Origin: Phycisphaerae bacterium
Lineage (GTDB): Bacteria > Planctomycetota > Phycisphaerae > WQYP01
Direction: 5' to 3'
Length of the DNA stretch: 44,296 nt
Assembly (NCBI GenBank): GCA_037139555.1
Contig: JBAXGE010000002.1
Span: forward strand, 1-44,296
In this document: one piece after another, positions 8,782 to 17,687 of the stretch
Position numbering within the stretch: the stretch's first letter is position 1
How the letters are laid out: each line of letters starts with the position of its first letter
The notes under the pieces: generated by a model
The model's database searches: none
What the model saw: the letters and a program-made list of their open reading frames with translations, nothing else
What the model was told of the DNA's origin: nothing
Position numbers and translations under genes: made by a program

Positions 8782-9675
8782 TTATTTGGGTTGGGTGGTA
8801 GCGCGGCGGAGCTTGCGGGCTTCTTCAAGCTCACGTTTGAGCTTTTCCAATTGTACCTGCTGCTGGCGGATGGTTTCTTCCAAGTTTTGCTCGGAGTTAT
8901 CCGTTGGGGAAGCATGTTCCAGCATCTGTTCCGCCAGGGGACGGATGGATTCGGGGATAGAAGAGAGTTTGTCTTTGGTCACCGTGTAGGTCTGATTATT
9001 AAAGGTAATCGTCCGGCGGACATTGCCTTGGGCATCGGTTTGCTGGGAGATCAGGATGGGTTGTCCGCTGCGTAACTGGCGGACCAGTTCGCGTTTAACG
9101 GCGGGATCGGCGGTTAGATCCACCCGATAGCCGGGGCCGACATCCAGCGTGCCACCATTGGGCAGAGCCACGCGGTTGACCACATCGCTGCCAGTGGGAT
9201 TGGTGGTGGTTATCGGTTGAAACGCCCGTGCATTCCCTTGCACCACAAACGCCTCAGGCCGCGGCGCGGGCGTGATAGTGAGGCTGCTACGTTCCCCAGC
9301 GCGGATCAGCTCAATTTGGATGGGTGTGACCTGCAAGGCTTTACCCACCAGCGCGGGCCGTGAGCAGTCGGCCAGTTGAATGTGATTAGTCAATGGGGTG
9401 CCGTTAAACGTGATCAACAGATCGCCTTTGAGCAGGCCGGCTTGCTGGGCCGGCGAATCCGGCATGATGCGATCCACCAACAATCCCTGGCCATCTGCGA
9501 GTTTGAGCAATTTCGCCATGGTAGGGGGGATATTTTCCACCGTCAGCCCGAGCCAGTATTGCTGGGTGGCGGGGTTTACCAATGCGGGTTTGGTTGTGGT
9601 TGTGTCCACTGCTCCGGCGGATAAGGCCACCAGAGCCAATAAACCAGCCGCGAGGATGACACGCCATTGTTGCAT
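8782..9675 (-). CDS. Secreted PDZ-domain protein with C-terminal coiled coil
   Basis: Starting at the internal Met (MQQWRVILAAGLLALVALSAGA) gives a signal peptide. The PDZ core is GLLVDRIMPDSPAQQAGLLKGDLLITFNG, and the C-terminus EETIRQQQVQLEKLKRELEEARKL is coiled-coil-like. No protease domain is present. Confidence 0.7.
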   Translation of the reverse strand: MQQWRVILAAGLLALVALSAGAVDTTTTKPALVNPATQQYWLGLTVENIPPTMAKLLKLADGQGLLVDRIMPDSPAQQAGLLKGDLLITFNGTPLTNHIQLADCSRPALVGKALQVTPIQIELIRAGERSSLTITPAPRPEAFVVQGNARAFQPITTTNPTGSDVVNRVALPNGGTLDVGPGYRVDLTADPAVKRELVRQLRSGQPILISQQTDAQGNVRRTITFNNQTYTVTKDKLSSIPESIRPLAEQMLEHASPTDNSEQNLEETIRQQQVQLEKLKRELEEARKLRRATTQPK

Positions 9676-9688
9676 CGAAATCCAGTGC

Positions 9689-10264
9689 TTAATAAATCGT
9701 CGGCCCCAAGGCAACCACCGGCAACGCGATAATATGATCGTTATCATCGGCTACGATCAACAACTGCTGATTGTCGCCGGGGGCTTCATTGGCCGAGATT
9801 CGGGAGAGGGTACTACTGCCAACCTGCACCGGAACCTTAATGGTCGCGGTGCCGCCATTGAGCGAGCCAGGCAGAATAATATTGACCGTGGACTGTGCCG
9901 TTTGATTCTGCGGGGTAACGGTTTGGGGCTGTTTGAGATTGAGCCAAAGTCCGGCACCCAACAAAAGTATGATCCCCAGACCAGCCGCATGACGGAAATA
10001 GCGATGTTTGGGGGCAGGGAATGACAATGATGCAGTCTGCGTCGTCTCCGGGTAGACAGGTTGTTGCGTGGTGGCTTCGTAGTTGTGAAATACCTTGTGC
10101 TCAACCTGACGTTCCAGAAAACGTAGTGCCAACATTCGCCAACCGGTGGGTACGGCGTCCAACTGACGCAGTATCTGTACCCGATTCGGGTCGGGCAGTT
10201 CATCGTCTACCAGCATGTCCAATTGGACTTCCAGTTCCGGGTTGGGTGTGTTTTTAAGCATCAT
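9689..10264 (-). CDS. Putative anti-sigma factor, single-pass membrane protein
   Basis: The start (MMLKNTP...) overlaps the upstream sigma stop codon in an ATGA arrangement at 10261-10264. One TM segment is AAGLGIILLLGAGLWL. Its position immediately after an ECF sigma gene supports the call. Confidence 0.55.
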   Translation of the reverse strand: MMLKNTPNPELEVQLDMLVDDELPDPNRVQILRQLDAVPTGWRMLALRFLERQVEHKVFHNYEATTQQPVYPETTQTASLSFPAPKHRYFRHAAGLGIILLLGAGLWLNLKQPQTVTPQNQTAQSTVNIILPGSLNGGTATIKVPVQVGSSTLSRISANEAPGDNQQLLIVADDNDHIIALPVVALGPTIY

Positions 10265-10887
10265 TCCTCCGATCCATACTGATTCAGCATAATATCGCGT
10301 AACTTTTGCCGGGCCCGAAACAGACGCATCTGCACGACTCCGACGGTGACGCCCATCCGCTGGGCAATGTCCTGATAACTCGCATCCTCTACATGCTTCA
10401 AAATAAGCATTTCGACTTCTTTGGACGGTAACAGCGTGATCGCTTCGCGTAGCTGGGCACATCGTTCGCTGCGGAGTAGGTTGGTCAGCGGGTCACGGCT
10501 GGTCTCGGTCCCGCCGGTAGCCCCGAAACGCAGTCGGTGCATGCCTTGGGCTTCGACGATACGCTTCTTGGCCCGACCAATCGTTCGCCGATACATCAGT
10601 GCGGCACGTACGGTCAGGCGGTACAACCAAGGTTTGGCTTTGTCGGGACTGGAAAGTGTGCTCCAATTCCGCATCGCCGCGATGGCTACCTCCTGCATGA
10701 CATCGTCGGCCCCTTCGGTACTCTTCAATCGCGCGATGGCAATAGCGCGTAACCAACCCCCATGCATGCGCATGGCCTCGTGGGAGGTCCGGGGCAGTAC
10801 TTCACCCGTGGCGCTAACCAACTGGGGTAGTTCGTCGGCCGCAGACTCATGGGCGATCTGAGCTGGTCTAATCTTGGGCTTCGCCAT
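10261..10887 (-). CDS. ECF-type RNA polymerase sigma-70 family factor
   Basis: Region 2 is DDVMQEVAIAAMRNW, KPWLYRLTVRAALMYRR. Region 4 is LPSKEVEMLILKHVEDASYQDIAQRMGVTVGVVQMRLFRARQKLR. I take the ATG at 10887; the track begins at a TTG at 10890. Confidence 0.85.
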   Translation of the reverse strand: MAKPKIRPAQIAHESAADELPQLVSATGEVLPRTSHEAMRMHGGWLRAIAIARLKSTEGADDVMQEVAIAAMRNWSTLSSPDKAKPWLYRLTVRAALMYRRTIGRAKKRIVEAQGMHRLRFGATGGTETSRDPLTNLLRSERCAQLREAITLLPSKEVEMLILKHVEDASYQDIAQRMGVTVGVVQMRLFRARQKLRDIMLNQYGSEE

Positions 10888-11061
10888 CAACGATGTACCC
10901 GTCCTATTTACTTATGCATGATCGTTGCCATAGACGCACCATTCTTTCCTATTTTACCCACTTTTCAGAATTACGAACAACATCTTCGTCCATTCGATCT
11001 GGGTACGCCTATGATAAGGTGTCTGCTGGTAACAAGGAACACTATTTCGAGGAGATTACAT

Positions 11062-11529
11062 ATGGCTTTGGAAGTAGGTAAACCCGCCCCATTATTCGAC
11101 TTAGCATCTACTACCGGGGAGTCCATTGCCCTGAAAAACCTGAAGGGCAAGAAAGTGGTCCTGTATTTTTACCCCAAGGATGACACGCCGGGATGCACCA
11201 AGGAAGCCTGCAATTTTCGCGATGCCATTGGGGATTTGAAGAAAGCCGGAGCCGTGGTATTGGGGGTCTCACCGGACGATGTGGCCAGCCATGCCAAATT
11301 TAGTGCCAAATTCGGGCTTAATTTCCCGCTCCTGGCCGATGTGGACCATGCCCTGGCAGAGGCATATGGGGTATGGAAAGAAAAGAGCATGTACGGCAAG
11401 ACCTATATGGGTGTTGAACGCACGACGTTCCTCATTGACAGTAAGGGGAATCTGGCCAAGATTTCCCCCAAGGTCAAAGTGGATGAGCACCATACCGAGG
11501 TTTTAGCGGCAGTGGCTGAATTGGAATAA
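11062..11529 (+). CDS. bcp: Thioredoxin-dependent thiol peroxidase (peroxiredoxin Bcp)
   Basis: The internal start gives MALEVGKPAPLFDL, preceded by GAGGAG. The active site is YFYPKDDTPGCTKEAC. The track 5' extension has no support. Confidence 0.9.
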   Translation: MALEVGKPAPLFDLASTTGESIALKNLKGKKVVLYFYPKDDTPGCTKEACNFRDAIGDLKKAGAVVLGVSPDDVASHAKFSAKFGLNFPLLADVDHALAEAYGVWKEKSMYGKTYMGVERTTFLIDSKGNLAKISPKVKVDEHHTEVLAAVAELE

Positions 11530-11544
11530 GCTCGATGACCACGC

Positions 11545-11578
11545 ACGCCCGGGAGTTTTCCCGGGCGTGTTTATTTTT
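11545..11578 (+). terminator. Rho-independent terminator after bcp
   Basis: A 10-bp GC-rich stem pairs ACGCCCGGGA with TCCCGGGCGT around the loop GTTT. It is followed by GTTTATTTTT. Confidence 0.75.
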
Positions 11579-11604
11579 GCGCGGTAGTAGTGGATAATCC
11601 GGCC

Positions 11605-12963
11605 ATGGATGTATATTTCTATATCGTCATGGCGTGGATTTTCGTGGTGGGGCTCTGTGTGGGCTCGTTCCTGAATGTGGTCATATGGCGTACCCCTTAC
11701 GCCCAACAGGAGGTTACCTTCAAGGGCAAGAAACGGCCGATGACGCTGTCGTGGCCGCCTTCGCATTGCCCGCATTGTCTGCATGAGATCAAGTGGTATG
11801 AAAATATTCCGGTATTATCTTGGCTGCGTTTAGGGACCAAGTGCAGTAATTGTCAGGCGCCCATTTCCATCCGCTATCCACTCGTGGAATTGAGCGTAGG
11901 GATTGTGTTTGCGGGTTTGGCCTGGGGTAGTTTCATGGGGGGATGGGATTTGTGTCTGTTGTGGCCGACGGTCGCCTGGCCGGGGTTGGCTTATTTGCTG
12001 TTGTTTTCCGCCGTGGTGTTGGCAGCTTCGGGGATTGATATGGATTGGTTTATCATCCCGATGGGGATGCCAATCTTTATGATCATCTTGGCGCTGGTCT
12101 TTGCAGTTGTACCTTGGTTGCATTTTCCGACGATGCCCAGCTTACGTCCCGACCAACCCTTGGCCAATGCCGTTGTAGGTGCAATGGTTGGCTTGGGGGT
12201 GGCAAATTTACTGCTCTGGAAGAAAATCCTGCCGCGTAGTTTTCCGATGGAGGCCCCGGCCGCGGTCACTACCCAAGAGACCCCGCCACAAGCTCATACC
12301 GAAGGTCCCACGCCTTTGCCGGTAGCTACCGGCCGCTGGCCGGTTTGGACCATGGTTGGCCTATTGATGGCGGGTATTGGGGGCAGTTTTTGGTTGGGCA
12401 ACCAAGGGTTTTCGGTGTTGTGGCTAACGGTAGGGTTGCTACTGTTTGTGGTGGGGATATTGGCCTGCAAGGTGGCACCGGATGACTTGAGCCAGGAAAT
12501 TGAAGAAGAAATCTCCGCCGGTGATGTCCGCAGCGAGTTACTGAAAGAAATGTACTTTTTGACCATACCGGTAGTGGGTGCGTTAATTGGACTGTATCTG
12601 CCGATCACACTCCCACAGCATGCGATTGTGGCGCATCTTTTGGGGGTGAGTTATGGCCTGTTGGTCGGGGGCGGATTGGTATGGGCAATCCGTATTGCCG
12701 GCAGCATGGCTTTTGGGCGACAGGCTATGGGTATGGGTGATGTGCATCTGATGGCCGGTGTGGGGGCGGTACTGGGTGTGTCTACCGTGGTACTGGGGTT
12801 CTTTGTGGCGCCGTTTCTGGGATTGGCCTGGGCGTTGGTCCAAGCACTCTCCGGCCAAAGCCGCATTCTGCCCTACGGGCCGTGGCTGGGTTTTGCATGC
12901 CTGTATTGCCACTGGGTCGGCGCCCCGTTTTTGGCCGCATATTGGCATTTCATGCGGGGTTAA
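11605..12963 (+). CDS. Prepilin (type IV leader) peptidase, A24 family, enlarged
   Basis: The N-terminal DiS-P-DiS region reads GSFLNVVIWR, CPHCLHEIKWYENIPVLSWL, CSNCQAPISIRYPLVEL. The C-terminal A24 core reads GMGDVHLMAGVGAVLG. At about 452 aa it is much longer than typical PilD. A GTG at 11590 is an alternative start. Confidence 0.85.
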   Translation: MDVYFYIVMAWIFVVGLCVGSFLNVVIWRTPYAQQEVTFKGKKRPMTLSWPPSHCPHCLHEIKWYENIPVLSWLRLGTKCSNCQAPISIRYPLVELSVGIVFAGLAWGSFMGGWDLCLLWPTVAWPGLAYLLLFSAVVLAASGIDMDWFIIPMGMPIFMIILALVFAVVPWLHFPTMPSLRPDQPLANAVVGAMVGLGVANLLLWKKILPRSFPMEAPAAVTTQETPPQAHTEGPTPLPVATGRWPVWTMVGLLMAGIGGSFWLGNQGFSVLWLTVGLLLFVVGILACKVAPDDLSQEIEEEISAGDVRSELLKEMYFLTIPVVGALIGLYLPITLPQHAIVAHLLGVSYGLLVGGGLVWAIRIAGSMAFGRQAMGMGDVHLMAGVGAVLGVSTVVLGFFVAPFLGLAWALVQALSGQSRILPYGPWLGFACLYCHWVGAPFLAAYWHFMRG

Positions 12964-12969
12964 GGGCGA

Positions 12970-15900
12970 TTAGTCGGCGTTAAAATATTTTGCCTGCGCA
13001 TGATGGGCAATCAATGCCGAGGTAGCTTGCTCCGGTACGATCTGCCAATTTTCACTCAGTGTGCACCCAATCCGGGCGGGATCCAGCAGCGCGAAGAGTT
13101 TCACCTCATCGGACAAATCCGGACAGGCGGGATAACCAAAGCTATAACGACACCCCAGATACCGGCAGGCAAATAAATCCCGCATATCGGGACCATCTTC
13201 GATGGCGATGCCCAGTTCCTGTCGGATGCGTTTGTGCCACATTTCAGCCAGCGCTTCGGCAGTCTGTACGCCGATGCCGTGCATATAGAGATATTCCGTG
13301 AAATCATTGTTATCAAAGAGTTTCTTCTCGTGGCGTGAGATTTCTTCGCCCACGGTGACGCATTGGAAGGCCACTACATCCATCCGGCCGGTGGCTTTGG
13401 CGGCGAAGAAATCCGCCAGGCACCAGAGCTTGCGATCCGACTGCCGGGGGAAGGTGAAACGTAAACGCTCGGTCTTGGCATCATCCTGATAAATAATCAG
13501 GTCGTTGCCCTCGGACTGACAAGGGAAATACCCGTAGACCAGGCGCGGGCGCAAGATGTTGAGTTCACGACACTGGGCCTTGATACGGTTATAGATGGGC
13601 CGGGCGGTTGCTTCCAACCATTCGCGGTAGTCATCGCGTTCTTTGTTACCCCGGTTGAGCTGCCACTGCCCCCGGAACAGAGCGATTTCATCCATATACG
13701 GCCAGACGGCATCCACGGCGATATTATCCACCACGCGACTGCCGTAAAACGGCAGGGCAGGGATGGCGGCATCGGGGAAAATATCAGAGGAGCGGGTGGT
13801 ATTAATGATCTTGGACGCAGTGGGGGCGGTTACGACCCCGGCAGGGCATCGTTTGGCATCCTGTTCATCACTGACCCGATTCGTCTCGGTTACCAGGTCT
13901 GCCGCCCGCCCGGTGGTGATGTAATCCATGGCTTTTAGCCCTTCAAAGGCGTCTTTGCCATAGAACAGTGTCCCCTGGTACTGTGCCCGCAGGTCTTTTT
14001 GGACATACCCACGCGTCAGCGCGGCACCCCCGAGGATCACCGGTACGGTGATGCCCTGACGGTTTAATTCCAGCAGATTATCACGCATGACCAGAGTGGA
14101 TTTTACCAGCAGCCCCGACAGACCGATGGCATCCGCCTGATGTTCGCGCCAGGCCGTCACAATCTGTTCAATGGGTTGTTTGATACCCAGATTGATTACT
14201 TTGTAGCCATTGTTGGAGAGGATGATATCCACCAGATTCTTACCGATGTCGTGGACATCACCTTTCACGGTCGCGAGCACCAGTGTGCCGCGGGTGGAGG
14301 AGGCTTTCTTCTCCATGAATGTTTCCAGATACGCCACGGCGGCCTTCATCACTTCCGCGGACTGAAGCACGAAGGGTAGTTGCATCTGGCCCGAACCAAA
14401 TAATTCGCCGACGGTTTTCATGCCTTCCAGCAGGTGGTTGTTGATGATATCCAGCGGGGCATACCGGGTCATGGCTTCCTGGAGATGCGCGGTGAGGTGT
14501 TGCTTCTCGCCATCAATGATGTGACGCCGCAGCCGTTCCTCGAGGGGCAGGTTGGCAATCGTGGCGCTTTCGTCACGGGCCGGAGCGCCCAGCGTGGAGA
14601 GTAGTCCCAGCGGGTGATAGTCCGCACGACTGCGGTCGTAGATCAGATCGAGCGCCCACTGATAATGCTCGGGATCTATTTTATTCTTAGGCAGAATTTT
14701 AGAGGCATGCACAATCGCACTGGTAAGTCCGGCGGCCACGCATTCCTGATAGAACGCCGAATTCAGCACCATCCGGGCATAGGGTTTCAGACCAAAGGAC
14801 ACATTCGACAAACCTAATGTGGTATGGCACAGAGACAGTGCTTCATGGATACGCCGGATCCCCGAGATGGTTTCCAAGGCGAGTTGCCGGACTTCGTCCT
14901 GACCGGTGACGATGGGGAAAATCAGGGGATCAAAATAGATGTCGGAAGGGGGGACACCATATTTGTTGACTAGCAGATCATAGAGTCGCTGGGCAACTGC
15001 CACCTTGCGGTCGGCGGTTTTGGCCATTGCCTCTTCTTTGTCTTCATCAATCGTTCCGGCAACCACGGCCGCACCGTAACGGCGCAGCAATACGGCCATC
15101 TGGGCGAGTTTCTCTTCGCCATCTTCCAAGTTGATGGAATTGACGATGGCTTTGCCCGGGCAGCATTGCAGTCCGGCTTCGATGACATCCAACTGGGTGG
15201 AATCAATCATCAGCGGCAGGGCGACTTCTTTGGCAAACCGGGTCACCACCGCACGCATATCGGGCACGCCATCACGGCCGACATAGTCCACACAAACGTC
15301 CACGCAATGGGCGCCTTCGCGGACTTGCTCCTTGCCCATGGTCACCAGAGTATCCCAGTCCCCGGCCAGCATAGCCTCGCGGAATTTCTTGGAACCATTG
15401 GTATTGGTCCGTTCGCCCACATTCAGCAGAGATAGTTCTTGGCGTGCGCTCACCGTGCCATACAAGCAGCTAATGCTGGCTTGAGCCGGAGTAAGCACCG
15501 CATGTAACAGGGGCCGGGGTGCGGGTTTTAGTGTGGCCACGGCATCGGCTACCGCGCGGATGTGCGCGGGTGTGGTACCACAGCAACCGCCGACAATACT
15601 CACGCCGAAACGCTGCACAAATTCCACGTGGGCTTTAGCGAGTTCCGCCGGGGTTAGCGGAAAGTGGGTTTGCCCATCATGCAGTACCGGCAGACCGGCA
15701 TTGGGTTGTACGGAGGTGTAGCGGGTAGATTGCTGATGCAGGACTTCCACATGACCGCGCATCAGTTCCGGACCCGTGGCACAGTTCATGCCCAATACAT
15801 CAATGGGCAGCGCCTCCAGCGTGGTGATGGCCGAGGTCATTTCCGTACCCAGCAGCATCGTGCCGGTGGTTTCCATGGTCACTTGGACCATCAGCGGTAC

Positions 15901-16515
15901 ACGGCGGCGCAGTTCGCGCATTGCATCCAAGCAGGCGATGGTGGCAATTTTGGCTTGCAGCAGGTCAAAACAGGTTTCCACCAGCAGGACATCCACCCCG
16001 CCGGTAAGTAGACCTCTGGCCTGTTCATAGTAGGACGCGTGCATGGCCTCAAAACTGATTTGTCCCAGCGTCGGGCTTTTGGTCCCTGGGCCCATGGAAC
16101 CAGCCACAAAGCGGGGCTTGCCATCTGTGAAGCGTGCGGCGGCATTGCGGGCCAACTGCACCGCCTGCACATTCAGCTCGAAACAACGGTCCGCCAGGCC
16201 AAACTCGGCCAGTACCAGCGGTGAGGCACCAAAGGTGTCGGTCTCCACAATATCCGCACCGGCCGCATAGTAATCGGCATGGATGTCAGTGATGACATCC
16301 GGGCGCGATAGCACGAGTACATCGGTGCAGTTTTCTTTATCCCAGAAATCCGCCAGCGTGAGATTGCGGGCGAAGATTTGCGTGCCCATTCCGCCATCAA
16401 AAACCACGACTTTGGTTTTAAGCAGGTCCAGAAAAGGATTTTGCCGCATGGGCTGGCTGAATTCCGGGGCCAACCACTGGGCAATTTCGGCGACAGTATG
16501 CGGGGGTTTGATCAT
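12970..16515 (-). CDS. metH: Cobalamin-dependent methionine synthase
   Basis: About 1181 aa containing four parts. The Hcy-binding part reads FDGGMGT, GGCCGTTP. A pterin-binding part follows. The B12-binding part reads GDVHDIGKNLV, SGLL. The C-terminal AdoMet-activation domain reads RYSFGYPACPD. I take the ATG at 16513-16515; the track starts at a TTG at 16521. Confidence 0.95.
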   Translation of the reverse strand: MIKPPHTVAEIAQWLAPEFSQPMRQNPFLDLLKTKVVVFDGGMGTQIFARNLTLADFWDKENCTDVLVLSRPDVITDIHADYYAAGADIVETDTFGASPLVLAEFGLADRCFELNVQAVQLARNAAARFTDGKPRFVAGSMGPGTKSPTLGQISFEAMHASYYEQARGLLTGGVDVLLVETCFDLLQAKIATIACLDAMRELRRRVPLMVQVTMETTGTMLLGTEMTSAITTLEALPIDVLGMNCATGPELMRGHVEVLHQQSTRYTSVQPNAGLPVLHDGQTHFPLTPAELAKAHVEFVQRFGVSIVGGCCGTTPAHIRAVADAVATLKPAPRPLLHAVLTPAQASISCLYGTVSARQELSLLNVGERTNTNGSKKFREAMLAGDWDTLVTMGKEQVREGAHCVDVCVDYVGRDGVPDMRAVVTRFAKEVALPLMIDSTQLDVIEAGLQCCPGKAIVNSINLEDGEEKLAQMAVLLRRYGAAVVAGTIDEDKEEAMAKTADRKVAVAQRLYDLLVNKYGVPPSDIYFDPLIFPIVTGQDEVRQLALETISGIRRIHEALSLCHTTLGLSNVSFGLKPYARMVLNSAFYQECVAAGLTSAIVHASKILPKNKIDPEHYQWALDLIYDRSRADYHPLGLLSTLGAPARDESATIANLPLEERLRRHIIDGEKQHLTAHLQEAMTRYAPLDIINNHLLEGMKTVGELFGSGQMQLPFVLQSAEVMKAAVAYLETFMEKKASSTRGTLVLATVKGDVHDIGKNLVDIILSNNGYKVINLGIKQPIEQIVTAWREHQADAIGLSGLLVKSTLVMRDNLLELNRQGITVPVILGGAALTRGYVQKDLRAQYQGTLFYGKDAFEGLKAMDYITTGRAADLVTETNRVSDEQDAKRCPAGVVTAPTASKIINTTRSSDIFPDAAIPALPFYGSRVVDNIAVDAVWPYMDEIALFRGQWQLNRGNKERDDYREWLEATARPIYNRIKAQCRELNILRPRLVYGYFPCQSEGNDLIIYQDDAKTERLRFTFPRQSDRKLWCLADFFAAKATGRMDVVAFQCVTVGEEISRHEKKLFDNNDFTEYLYMHGIGVQTAEALAEMWHKRIRQELGIAIEDGPDMRDLFACRYLGCRYSFGYPACPDLSDEVKLFALLDPARIGCTLSENWQIVPEQATSALIAHHAQAKYFNAD

Positions 16516-16521
16516 GGACAA

Positions 16522-17664
16522 TTAGGCTCCTCGGGACGGACGGCGATTATTTGAGCCACCATAAGGCTTGTGGCCGGGGGCGTTACGTGCGAACGGACGA
16601 CGTGTGGGACCCCGGGTGGGGCCACGAGCCGAATCACGCGCTGGACCACGAACGGAATCACGACTTGGTTCCCGTTCCAGTCTGCGTTCCGCGTCACGCG
16701 CTGGGCCGCGCGCTTCATCACGGCCGGGGGCTTTACGGATCACGGTGACGGCTTGTCCCGTACGGCTGCGGGCCTGCGGCGGGGCATATTTCTTGGGCTT
16801 GGCCGGGCTGGCCACAGCTTCCGGGTTGGGACTTTCCAGCCGTCGGCGTTCCTTGTCCATTTCTTTCTGTTCATACCAGGTCTGGGTCGCCTCGGTTTGA
16901 GCGTTGCGGTATTGCGGTGAGGTGACGTTGTACAACCAGGCCACCTCCGTGGTGGTTAATTCGCGGTACTGGCCGGGCTTGATCGCCCCCAGATGGAGCC
17001 GTTCGGCCAGCGTAACGCGGTTGATATCGCGCACGCGATAGCCCAGATTGGCCAGTACGCGGCGAATCTCAGCATTACGACTCTCGGTTAATTTGATCTG
17101 CAGCAAGGTCAGGCCGGCTTCACGACCGAGAATCTTGACCTTGAAACCTTCGGTTCGATTGGCCGCGCCTTTGCCATGCTTTGGGGCCAGCCAAATCCCC
17201 TTTTTCAACTGTTCAACCCCGGCTTCCCCGATGCGTCCTTCCACCGATACAACATATGTTTTCGATACGCCATAACGCGGATGGGTCAGCCGATTGGACA
17301 GTTCGCCATCATTGGTCATGATCAACAACCCGCGGGAATCCATATCCAGACGGCCCACCGGGAACACGCGTTGCGGAATGCCCTTGAGCAATTCGTAAAT
17401 GGTTTTACGATCCTCGGGGTCGGCGCGGGTGACCAGAATGCCCTTGGGTTTGTTAACCAGTAAATAGACCAGTTTTTCCGGTTTGAGATTCTCCAGCTCC
17501 GCTTCATCCAGAGTGACGCGATCCTTTTCCGGTGTGATCAACACCGGCAGAGTGGTCACCACCGAACCGTTGACCTTAACCCGGCCCAGACGGATCATGT
17601 CTTCACATTCGCGCCGGCTGGCAACGCCACAATCGGCCATGTATTTTTGTAAGCGTACGGCCAT
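16522..17664 (-). CDS. rluB: RluB-like 23S rRNA pseudouridine synthase with Arg-rich C-terminal tail
   Basis: The S4 domain reads RLQKYMADCGVASRRECEDMI. The RsuA/RluB catalytic motif is VGRLDMDSRGLLIMTNDGEL. The tail of about 120 aa is Arg/Pro-rich. GGTG lies 7 nt upstream of the ATG at 17664. Confidence 0.85.
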   Translation of the reverse strand: MAVRLQKYMADCGVASRRECEDMIRLGRVKVNGSVVTTLPVLITPEKDRVTLDEAELENLKPEKLVYLLVNKPKGILVTRADPEDRKTIYELLKGIPQRVFPVGRLDMDSRGLLIMTNDGELSNRLTHPRYGVSKTYVVSVEGRIGEAGVEQLKKGIWLAPKHGKGAANRTEGFKVKILGREAGLTLLQIKLTESRNAEIRRVLANLGYRVRDINRVTLAERLHLGAIKPGQYRELTTTEVAWLYNVTSPQYRNAQTEATQTWYEQKEMDKERRRLESPNPEAVASPAKPKKYAPPQARSRTGQAVTVIRKAPGRDEARGPARDAERRLEREPSRDSVRGPARDSARGPTRGPTRRPFARNAPGHKPYGGSNNRRPSRGA

Positions 17665-17687
17665 GATCATTCACCTTTACATGAGAT

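Noticed and set aside
10891-11061. An autoregulatory ECF-type promoter (GGAAC-N16-17-CGT) upstream of the second ECF sigma gene
   Set aside because: Only loose matches were found on the minus strand, for example GGGTAA-N17-CGTC. Nothing is convincing enough to annotate.
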